Of a stretch of DNA of 64,000 bases, positions 18,803-26,939 are shown in pieces. Both the position numbers and the translations under genes were made by a program. The stretch lies in NCBI GenBank assembly GCA_042408215.1, contig JAYFMW010000010.1:64001-128000 (forward strand), written 5' to 3'. Position 1 is the first letter of the stretch. Each line of letters begins with the position of its first letter. The stretch is from Microcoleus sp. (GTDB lineage Bacteria > Cyanobacteriota > Cyanobacteriia > Cyanobacteriales > Microcoleaceae). The notes beneath the pieces were generated by a model. It was given only the letters and a program-made list of their open reading frames with translations. It was not told the DNA's origin and ran no database searches.

Positions 18803-21283
18803 CTATTCTAGATTGCCTTTTCCAGACACATATCCATTATCTACAATCCGCCAAGCACCCCCAGAATTCCCTGTTAAATCGCAATCTTCAGCCCTTACAA
18901 TACCATCTCTATAAATTGCGATCGCCTCACCTTCATTCCCATTGATTCGACAGCGGCGCACAATCAATTTACCTCCCAACCCGACACCGATTCCTAGAGT
19001 GCCGTTGTCAAAAATATTGCAATCTTCCACCGTTGCTTTGCCATTATCGGAGATAAAAATTCCGTTCCATACCCCCTTGTGAATCTGACAGCGGCGAATC
19101 ACAGAATCAGCATCAGCGCCACAAATTACCATAACAGAATAATCCGCAGAAGTGATATCACAGTCTTCTATGATTAACTTGCCTTTGCGAATATCTACCG
19201 CGTAGTATTTCCCTGTTGCGTTGAGCGTTAAACCTCGGACTACAGCACTGTCTGTTTGCATTTTAATGCAGTTTGAGTTGCTACTTTCAATGATAATACT
19301 ATCGGCTGCTCCGCTGCCGATAATTTCTACCGATTTGTCGAGAATTAGACTTTCCTGATACAAGCCGGGATGCACGTAAATGCGGGTATCCGGTGCCGCA
19401 TTTTTTAGCGCTTCACCGATTGTAGTATAATTGCCTTGACCTTGTTGAGAAACAACAAATTCTTGATTGTTCAAAACTTTTGGTTCTGAAGTTGAGTCTT
19501 CAGTTGGCTTTAATTCTGAATCAAATTGCTGAGATTCTCGATCGCCCTTTAGGGATTTGGCTTGCGCTTCGGAAAGTTGTGCATTTATCTGTAACCTTTC
19601 TTGAGCAACGGTTTCTAACTGATTTTCTAACTCAGATACTTGAGATTGCAGTTGATTTTTCACCCCATCTGCTGTCTGCAATTGACTTTGAACTTCCGAG
19701 AGTTGGGATTGAATTTGCGATCGCTCTTGATGCGCTGTTTCTAACTCAGATTGCAGTTGCGCTCGACTTTGAGCTACATTTTCTAACTGATTTTCTAACT
19801 CATATACTTGAGCTTGTAGTTGATTTCCCCCCCCATCTGCTGTCTGCAATTGACTTTGAACTTCCGAGAGTTGGGATTGAATTTGCGATCGCTCTTGATG
19901 CGCTGTTTCTAACTCAGATTGCAGTTGCGATCGACTTTTAGCGACATTTTCTAACTGATTTTCTAACTCAGATACTTGAGATTGCAGTTGATTTTTCACC
20001 CCATCTGCTGTCTGCAATTGAGTTTGAACTTCCGAGAGTTGGGATTGAATTTGCGAGCCTTCTCCCCTAGCAGTTTCTAATTGAGCTTGTACTTCCGATA
20101 ACTGAGACTGAATTTGCGATCGATCTGACTCGCCATCATTTATTTGAGTCTGCAATTCTGACACCTGAGACAGCAGTTGATCTCGCTCTTGAATAAAAAT
20201 ATTTGACTGATTTTGTAGCTCCGACAACTCATAATTTAACTGCACTTTTTCTCGATTAACCGATTCTAACTGTAACTGTAATTCCGACAGTACATAATTA
20301 ATTTGATCTCGTTCCCCCTGAGCAGCGTCTAACAGATATTGCGATGATGATAGTTGAGAATTAAGTTGCGATCGCTCCTGACTTGCACTAGCCAATTCAC
20401 CCTCTAATTCTAACACCTGACAATCTAAAACCTGGCGTTCCTCAATCACAGCTTCTAATTGTCTTTCTAGTTTAAGTAATTGAGATTTAGTTTGCCTGTA
20501 TTTTTTCTGAGTAATTTCCATTTGAAAATTGATCGTTTTGCCATCGACTTTGGCGTTTTCCAATTCAGTTTCCAGCTCAGCAAATTGACAAATAAATTGC
20601 GTTCGCACTCCCTCGACTAATTCTAATTGAGCTTGCAAATCCGACAATTGAGACTGAAGTTGATCCCGCTCTTGAATGCTGCGATCGAACCTAATTTGAA
20701 TTTCCGCAAGTTGGTACTGTAGCTGCAAACCTGCTTGGTTAGCAGTTTCCAATTGGCCATTAAATTCAGACAGCAGAGCATCAAATTGAGCGCGTTCTGC
20801 ATCAACCGTCTCTAACTCTGCTTGCATTGACAGCACTTGAGCGTTAAGTTGCGATCGCTGCTGCTGCGAAACTTCTAATTGAGCTTGAACTTCTGCCAAT
20901 TCCGATGAATTCGAGTCAACCTGTTGAGAATTTTCTAATTGCAATTGCAAGTCAGAAAGCAGAGAATCAAATTGCTCGCGCTCAGCATTAATTACTGCTA
21001 ACCTTCCTTCCAACTCAGACACCTGAGAGTGTAACTTTTCTTGCTCCCAACTCACCATTTCAAACCGAGATTGCAACTGAGATAATTGAGAATTTAGGTG
21101 ATTTTTATCCTGCACCTCTTGGCGCAATTCCAAGCTTCTCGTATTTAAGTGCGACTCCAACTGCGACAGAGCCTGCTGCGAACCCTCCATCCGCATCAAA
21201 TTGCGAGAGTTTCGCTTATTCAAAATTATCCAGCAGACTAATGCACCGCCCCCAAATCCTATTAATAAAAGTAATGCTTGCAT
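18803..21283 (-). CDS. Membrane-anchored long coiled-coil protein with a C-terminal right-handed beta-helix
   Basis: N-terminal TM helix, ~550 aa of Q/E/L heptads, then YTTIGEAL..IYVHPGLYQE and CxI repeats of a parallel beta-helix. Confidence 0.8.
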   Translation of the reverse strand: MQALLLLIGFGGGALVCWIILNKRNSRNLMRMEGSQQALSQLESHLNTRSLELRQEVQDKNHLNSQLSQLQSRFEMVSWEQEKLHSQVSELEGRLAVINAEREQFDSLLSDLQLQLENSQQVDSNSSELAEVQAQLEVSQQQRSQLNAQVLSMQAELETVDAERAQFDALLSEFNGQLETANQAGLQLQYQLAEIQIRFDRSIQERDQLQSQLSDLQAQLELVEGVRTQFICQFAELETELENAKVDGKTINFQMEITQKKYRQTKSQLLKLERQLEAVIEERQVLDCQVLELEGELASASQERSQLNSQLSSSQYLLDAAQGERDQINYVLSELQLQLESVNREKVQLNYELSELQNQSNIFIQERDQLLSQVSELQTQINDGESDRSQIQSQLSEVQAQLETARGEGSQIQSQLSEVQTQLQTADGVKNQLQSQVSELENQLENVAKSRSQLQSELETAHQERSQIQSQLSEVQSQLQTADGGGNQLQAQVYELENQLENVAQSRAQLQSELETAHQERSQIQSQLSEVQSQLQTADGVKNQLQSQVSELENQLETVAQERLQINAQLSEAQAKSLKGDRESQQFDSELKPTEDSTSEPKVLNNQEFVVSQQGQGNYTTIGEALKNAAPDTRIYVHPGLYQESLILDKSVEIIGSGAADSIIIESSNSNCIKMQTDSAVVRGLTLNATGKYYAVDIRKGKLIIEDCDITSADYSVMVICGADADSVIRRCQIHKGVWNGIFISDNGKATVEDCNIFDNGTLGIGVGLGGKLIVRRCRINGNEGEAIAIYRDGIVRAEDCDLTGNSGGAWRIVDNGYVSGKGNLE
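19610..20055 (-). repeat. Intragenic 168-bp (56-aa) tandem repeat, ~2.7 copies
   Basis: AGTTGGGATTGAATTTGCGA recurs at 19701, 19869 and 20037. Confidence 0.85.
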
Positions 21284-21599
21284 GGGCTTTATCTAATTGA
21301 TATAAATGACTTCCCCCGATTTCTTCATCTCGCAAAGGACTGAGCAAGAAATCGCTACCTTTCTCAAAGGTATCACGACTTGCGCCATCGCGCTTACTTG
21401 TAAGAGCCGTTTATATTTATTTACAATCACCCAATTGCATTCACCTTCCGGGGCGGGTTTCACCAACCATCTTAACCTGAAACTAATAGAACTTACGCAT
21501 AAACCCTATCTGTAGAGTCCGCCCTGTGCACCTTACCGATAGGAATAATGCTTCACCCCGGAATCTCTCAAATCCTTTGAGATTATTTGTTGGAGATGT

Positions 21600-22784
21600 C
21601 TAATGCAGCAAAGCCGCAATATGAGGAATAATCCCGATATGCTGAGTCAGCAAATAATCTAGCCGATCCGCCAGCAAACTAAAAATCAAATCATTATAAC
21701 TCATCCCATATTCCGCCAAACCGAGAGCTACCAAACTCGTCACATTTTCCGTAGGGCGTTTCAGATCCGGTTTCGGATTAGCCTCCAAAACATAAAGTTC
21801 TCCATTCGCATCACTCCTGACATCAATCCGCACCAAACTATTCAAACTAAACTCCCAATAAATTTTCCGAGCCAAATCAATTAACTCCTGCTTTAGTTCC
21901 GGTTCCTCCGCGCCCATCAACTTTCCGCGATCGGCAGTAATCGCCTTTTTATCCATAGAAGTAAAGATCAGTTCATCAGACTCCAGCACTCGCTCTACAG
22001 TCGAAAAAGCCAAGGGTTTTGTATTTTTAGAAAAACCACCATGAGCATAAGTAACATAGCCACAAACCGCCACGCAAAACTCTCGTCCAGGTAAATATTT
22101 TTCAATCAAAGCAGTATTGTGAGTTGCCCGATGAACTTCCGAAACAGCCTGAGACAAACCCTCAATTTTGTCTACAAAATGGACGTGCAGTGAAGCGCGA
22201 CCTGATACTGGCTTGACGATAAAAGGCCCTTGATATTCGTCAAAAGCAATGGCAAAACGCTCGTGCAAATTAGGTCGAAGAATCCCTTGAGAAGGATGCC
22301 AAGTCATAAAGGGAGCTGTTTTTATCCCTACCGATTGCAGTTCCCGTTTAAAAGCGTGTTTGTTATCTAAAGTCGAACTGTTTAAAGGATTGTGACCGAC
22401 ATAAGGCATTCCCAACATTTCCAACAAAGCAGGAGTGTGACAAACAGGATTATAGCCCTGCACGCCGCCAGTATTCAGCCATACTAAATGGATGTTTTCT
22501 CGTTTTAGCTGCTCCGGCAATTTCATGTCGTCAGGTAGCACAAATACCTGCTTGAAGCCAATTTCTTCTAAGGCCTTAGCAATCTCGCGGGCTACCACTT
22601 CGTAACTCTTCCAAGAGCGGGGATTGTGTGTTTTGTAAATCACAGAACCTTCTCGATCGCAGTCGCCGCCGAACACAACAGCAATCCGCAATTTAGCAAA
22701 CAGCACCTCCAAATATTGAGGCAGCAAACTAAAGTCGTAATGCAAGGAATTCGCACTAATTGGTGTTGCAATCATATCACTCAT
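21600..22784 (-). CDS. D-Ala-D-Ala ligase-family ATP-grasp enzyme
   Basis: IAVVFGG, GMPYVG, IVKP..G..S, LIEKYLPGREF, RIDVR, LEANPKP. Confidence 0.85.
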   Translation of the reverse strand: MSDMIATPISANSLHYDFSLLPQYLEVLFAKLRIAVVFGGDCDREGSVIYKTHNPRSWKSYEVVAREIAKALEEIGFKQVFVLPDDMKLPEQLKRENIHLVWLNTGGVQGYNPVCHTPALLEMLGMPYVGHNPLNSSTLDNKHAFKRELQSVGIKTAPFMTWHPSQGILRPNLHERFAIAFDEYQGPFIVKPVSGRASLHVHFVDKIEGLSQAVSEVHRATHNTALIEKYLPGREFCVAVCGYVTYAHGGFSKNTKPLAFSTVERVLESDELIFTSMDKKAITADRGKLMGAEEPELKQELIDLARKIYWEFSLNSLVRIDVRSDANGELYVLEANPKPDLKRPTENVTSLVALGLAEYGMSYNDLIFSLLADRLDYLLTQHIGIIPHIAALLH

Positions 22785-23890
22785 TTTTCCTTTTTGCTTG
22801 ATTGTTTCTCAGCCGAACCGCTAGATTTGGCGAAATATATGCCACCCAAAACCACCGAAAAAGCCAACCAGTTGAGGAAAGTCAATTTTTCGGCAAATAA
22901 CACCCAAGCAATAATCGCCGTAATCACAGGTTCTAAGAGCAGGAAAAGAGCCACAAAACCTGATGACAAACGGCCGAGACTGTGGATGAGAAGTCCCTGA
23001 CCGAAAGCTTGGCAAACAACAGCCAGAGCGATTACAGCTAGCCATCCCTGCCAAGAATAAGGGAAAACTCGATCGCCCGCAAGCAGCACCAGTGGCAAAA
23101 TCAATATACTGCCAATAAAACAGCGCCACATCAATATAGTTGTCGCCGGAAACTTGGTTCGCAAATGTTCTGCAATCAGTAGATTTCCTGCATAGAACAT
23201 CGCCGATAAAAGAGCAGTAATATCACCTGCAAGATGATCTCCCGCAGTTTGCAAATCCTCGACTCCGATCGCGATCGCACCAGCCAAAGCCACCACCATT
23301 CCCACTAAAAACCTGTTGTCAAAACGGCGGCCCAACAGTAGCCAACCCCCCAAAGTAGTAAACAAAGGAGTTAAATTCCGCAGTACAGTAGAATTAGCCA
23401 CATTAGTCTGAGTCAGCGACCAAGCCCAGAAGCCCAAGGAAGCAGAAGAAACTACGCCTACGGCTGTTAACAGCAGGAAATCGCTCAGAGTGTAGTTCGA
23501 TCGCACTTCCGGTTCTGGATCAGACATTCGGCGGCGCGCCGCACCTACACCGTTCCACACTGCAAACACAACAGTTGCAATCCACAAACGGTTAAAAACA
23601 GTAGCATTCGGGCCGATTTCTCGTTCGCTCAATCTAATAAAAATTGCGGCTAGCGACACAGCCAGCAGCGCCGCCGACAGCGAAACGATCGCCCAAAAAG
23701 TATCTTGATTCTCAACTAATTCACCCTCTTTTATATCATCTAAATCATCTAAATCATCTGGGTTTGCAGAAACAATACTTGTTACCTGTTCAGTTGTTAA
23801 AGTAGAATTTAACTGATTAGTCTCCCAAGTATTTCGCTGTAGCTCAATATTTTGCTCTGGCAATCCCAGTTTATTTGACATGATTAACAA
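22781..23890 (-). CDS. DMT/EamA-family transporter
   Basis: ~10 TM helices in two EamA repeats; 4-nt overlap with the ligase gene. Confidence 0.88.
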   Translation of the reverse strand: MLIMSNKLGLPEQNIELQRNTWETNQLNSTLTTEQVTSIVSANPDDLDDLDDIKEGELVENQDTFWAIVSLSAALLAVSLAAIFIRLSEREIGPNATVFNRLWIATVVFAVWNGVGAARRRMSDPEPEVRSNYTLSDFLLLTAVGVVSSASLGFWAWSLTQTNVANSTVLRNLTPLFTTLGGWLLLGRRFDNRFLVGMVVALAGAIAIGVEDLQTAGDHLAGDITALLSAMFYAGNLLIAEHLRTKFPATTILMWRCFIGSILILPLVLLAGDRVFPYSWQGWLAVIALAVVCQAFGQGLLIHSLGRLSSGFVALFLLLEPVITAIIAWVLFAEKLTFLNWLAFSVVLGGIYFAKSSGSAEKQSSKKEK

Positions 23891-24031
23891 TTCTCACTCG
23901 TGGCAGAAAACAGAAGGAAGGCAGAAGGCAGAAGGCAGAAGTCGATGAGACCGGGCAATAAAATTAATGGCTTCAGCAATTAATCACGTCCTAACTGCCT
24001 CGGCGGTTGCTACATAATTAATAGCAGCCTA

Positions 24032-24532
24032 CTAGGTTGAGGGTTTAACAGAAAGCTTTGCCAAAGCCTCCTTCAGCACCAGGGGTAATTGACGGATAAT
24101 CTTGCCCTTTTCGCGATCGACACCTACCAAAGTCACCAGTGCTGTCACATATAACTCCTCACCGTCAGCCGATCGAATTTCATAATCCCAAACCAGCCGC
24201 ACACCATCACCAGCAGTCATCCGCGTTCTAACTGCCACAGCTTGCCCCATCTGTACAGCCCGGTGGTAGCGAAGAGAAAGTTCCACCACCGGCAATTCCA
24301 AACCTTGAGCCACCCAGTCAGCATACTCAATCCCAAGGGAGCGCAAACTTTCTACCCTAGCCTCCTCCATCCAAGCCAGATAAGTACCGTGCCAAACCGC
24401 ACCGCTGTAGTCGGTATGGTGAGGGTATACTCGCACCAAATATTCAAACCAGCCCTCAGAGTCTATCCCAGACAGGCTTTGAATAGTACCCGCCGGTGGC
24501 AGTTCCGGTTGAGTTCGATCGTTCTCTAACAC
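24032..24532 (-). CDS. Acyl-CoA thioesterase (4HBT/YbgC hot-dog family)
   Basis: VYPHHTDYSGAVWHGTYLAWMEEAR. Confidence 0.88.
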   Translation of the reverse strand: MLENDRTQPELPPAGTIQSLSGIDSEGWFEYLVRVYPHHTDYSGAVWHGTYLAWMEEARVESLRSLGIEYADWVAQGLELPVVELSLRYHRAVQMGQAVAVRTRMTAGDGVRLVWDYEIRSADGEELYVTALVTLVGVDREKGKIIRQLPLVLKEALAKLSVKPST

Positions 24533-24676
24533 TTTACAAATCGTTCCAAAACGCTACACTTCTACAAATCATAAGGCAAACTTCAGGCTTATGCTTAACA
24601 ACAGTAACCAACTAGAGCATCAACGCCCTAGTTTAAGGCCACACAACACAACTCAACTGTTTTCACCGCCAAAACC

Positions 24677-24925
24677 GTCAGGAACCCCGTTCTTAAGAGA
24701 CGGGGCTTGTAAGAGTAATCAAACAAGCCGTTCTGACCAGCTATCGTCTTAACTGACTACGTTTTTTGAGTCACGACACCGGGCGAATGCGAAGCTAGTT
24801 CCTTGCTCTGTCGCTGGTGGTTAAACAGTTTTAAGGTCACTGAAACAGTGCTGCCAGCCGGCGCAAGCTCATTAAACATTGGCGAAGCTAACATTACCCC
24901 GAAAGGGAGGCTACCTAAGTAGCAA
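24677..24925 (+). ncRNA. HEARO / omega-RNA scaffold
   Basis: Motifs GACCAGC, GACTACGTT, ACACC..GAATGC..GCTAGTTCC..GCTCTGT, GTTAAACAG, ACAGTG, AACATTGGCGAAG, TTACCCCGAAAGGGAG; compensatory changes relative to the second copy. Confidence 0.8.
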
Positions 24926-25076
24926 AACACTATGCGATCGCGGGCTGTAAGATTTGAAACGGTAACTGTCCCGTTGAAAGTGCATTACAAAAGTACACCG
25001 AATTAAGCAGTCCCAAGGCGGTAGTGATAACTGTAAAGCCGTCCTAAAAGGACGGGGTTTCAAACCCATTTTTCTG
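24677..25076 (+). mobile_element. 400-bp non-autonomous IS200/IS605 (IscB-type) element lacking iscB
   Basis: 5' end GTCA plus hairpin CCCCGTTC-TTAA-GAGACGGGG; 3' hairpin AAAGCCGTCC-TAAAA-GGACGGGGTTTC then ATGA; homologous copy at 38291-38690. Confidence 0.85.
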
Positions 25077-25928
25077 ATGATTGAAAAAATATTAGTAGCC
25101 GTCGCCGGTCGCGGTCTGTGCGAAGAGATGTTTAATATGTTGATGGACATCCCTTCCTTGCAAAAAACCTCTGTCACCGTCTTGCACGTCGTGCCGCCCC
25201 AAGTAACATCCGATGGTATGGCCGACAAGTTGGAAGAAGGAGGCAAGATTTTAGCACAAGCCATCCAATCCTTAAAAATAGATCCCAGCAGAGTTAATCC
25301 TCGACTCAAACAGGGAGACCCCAAAACCACAGTTTGCCAAGTCGCAGAAGAAGAACAATCCGACTTAGTAATCATGGGTTCGCGGGGATTTGGCAGACTG
25401 CAATCAATTCTGGAAAATTCGGTCAGTCAGTACGTTTTCCAGCTAACATCCCGGCCGATGCTGTTGGTAAAAGACGACATTTACGTCAAAAAAATCAAGC
25501 GCGTCATGGTAGCGATCGACAAATCCGAATCCGCCAAACAATCCTTGGATCTAGCCCTATCTTTAGTCAAAGAAGTTGACGGCGGACAGATAATTTTAGT
25601 ACACGTCACCAAAGATTTGACCGGAAAATCCACTGAAGATTTAACAGCAGGTGCTGAAAAAGACCCCGTACTAGCGCCCGCAGTAGCACTCGCGAAACAA
25701 ATGGGAGTTAGCTACCGCTGTGCGAGCGCCACAGGCAAGCCAGGGGAAACAATTTGTCGGTTTACAGACGAAATGAACGCCGACTTATTAGTGATTGGTT
25801 CACCCGATCGCCGTCCTAGCGTTGCCAAGTCCTTTATCGATCTCGATCGACTCCTCGGAAACTCTCTGTCAGACTACGTGCGAGTCTACGCCAATTGTCC
25901 CGTATTGCTAGCCCGGACGACCGGCTAA
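25077..25928 (+). CDS. Tandem-domain universal stress protein
   Basis: KILVAV, DLVIMGSRG, second domain RVMVAID..DLLVIGS..CPVLL. Confidence 0.9.
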   Translation: MIEKILVAVAGRGLCEEMFNMLMDIPSLQKTSVTVLHVVPPQVTSDGMADKLEEGGKILAQAIQSLKIDPSRVNPRLKQGDPKTTVCQVAEEEQSDLVIMGSRGFGRLQSILENSVSQYVFQLTSRPMLLVKDDIYVKKIKRVMVAIDKSESAKQSLDLALSLVKEVDGGQIILVHVTKDLTGKSTEDLTAGAEKDPVLAPAVALAKQMGVSYRCASATGKPGETICRFTDEMNADLLVIGSPDRRPSVAKSFIDLDRLLGNSLSDYVRVYANCPVLLARTTG

Positions 25929-26011
25929 ACTCCAACAATTTTGGATTTGAGATTTGGGATTTTGGATTTTTCCCACCAATGAATCCAAAATCGGCACGGT
26001 CAACATTCAAC

Positions 26012-26051
26012 AAAAAAAGCGCCAAAGCAAAAAGCTATTGGCGCTTTTTTT
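26012..26051. terminator. Bidirectional intrinsic terminator between the USP gene and psbM
   Basis: A7-GCGCCAA...TTGGCGC-T7 hairpin. Confidence 0.75.
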
Positions 26052-26088
26052 CCCAATGCACAAATCCAGACAAAAATAGCAGAAATTG

Positions 26089-26202
26089 CTAATCTTTTCT
26101 GCCTTGGCGGCTAGCTGTTTGAATGTACAGAATGATTAGAAAAACACTGGGAACCAAAACAAACAGAATGGTTGCCACAAACCCTAGATCGTTAACTTGC
26201 AT
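26089..26202 (-). CDS. psbM: Photosystem II reaction centre protein M (absent from the ORF track)
   Basis: Own translation: [37 protein letters not shown]. Confidence 0.95.
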   Translation of the reverse strand: MQVNDLGFVATILFVLVPSVFLIILYIQTASRQGRKD

Positions 26203-26289
26203 GATTTACCCCGCCTCTATCTGAAAATAGCAAAATACAGAACTAGGATACCACTCAAAGGTAGAAGGCAGAGCGAGGGAGTCGGAGAG

Positions 26290-26524
26290 AGTGTCCGAAT
26301 GGGGAATGGGGTCGAAGAGCATTGGGCCTTGAGAATTGGGCCTTGGGAATTGGGCATTGGGCTGGGGAATAGTTTCTTTTTTCTTCCCTCTTGCTTCTTC
26401 CCTCTTGCTTCTTCCCTCTTGCTTCTTCCCTCTTCCTGACATCCGTTAAATCCGTTAAATCCGTTAAATCCGTTAAATCCGTTACAGAATCCGTTGCCGA
26501 ACTTCCCTCTTCCTTCTTCCTTCC
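26290..26524. repeat. Heptamer tracts, CTTCCCTCTTG repeats and CCGTTAAAT 9-mers
   Basis: Directly visible; the 9-mer unit is the reverse complement of the one at 10655-10750. Confidence 0.8.
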
Positions 26525-26525
26525 G

Positions 26526-26822
26526 TTAGGGCTTAGTCTTGACGCTCACCGGGCCATTGACCAAAGATTGACAAGCCAACCGATAGTTTTCGGGCTTTTT
26601 CTTGAGCTTGCGGTTCTCAAAGTCAGTGCGGGGCGAAAGATTTTCGCTTCCCTCGACAATTTCCACAATGCAAGTGCCACATTGACCGTAGCCCCCGCAA
26701 TTCATCATCTTTCCCGAAAAAGTGTACAAGTCGATGCGGTTTTCTAGAGCTTTGAGCCTCAAATTGGCTCCGTCTGCTGCAATGACTTCCTGATTTTCCT
26801 TCACAAACTTGATATTAGCCAT
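26526..26822 (-). CDS. 2Fe-2S ferredoxin
   Basis: [10 protein letters not shown]...RLACQ. Confidence 0.92.
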   Translation of the reverse strand: MANIKFVKENQEVIAADGANLRLKALENRIDLYTFSGKMMNCGGYGQCGTCIVEIVEGSENLSPRTDFENRKLKKKPENYRLACQSLVNGPVSVKTKP

Positions 26823-26939
26823 TGCCCGTTCCTTAACACAGTTGACATGATTCTCTATTACAGAATATTAACTAATGTGTCGGACATTTAATACCCGATC
26901 GCCCATTTTCCTGACAATCAAAGGACGATCGCCCCAATC

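Noticed and set aside
24928..25026. Hammerhead or twister ribozyme identity for the cargo RNA
   Set aside because: No CTGANGA/GAAA hammerhead core shared by both copies and no twister pseudoknot pattern; left unassigned.
24911..25375. 154-aa minus-strand ORF, and a 24-codon plus-strand ORF inside the omega-RNA element
   Set aside because: The first is antisense to the USP gene; the second is not conserved in copy 2 (stop after 10 codons).
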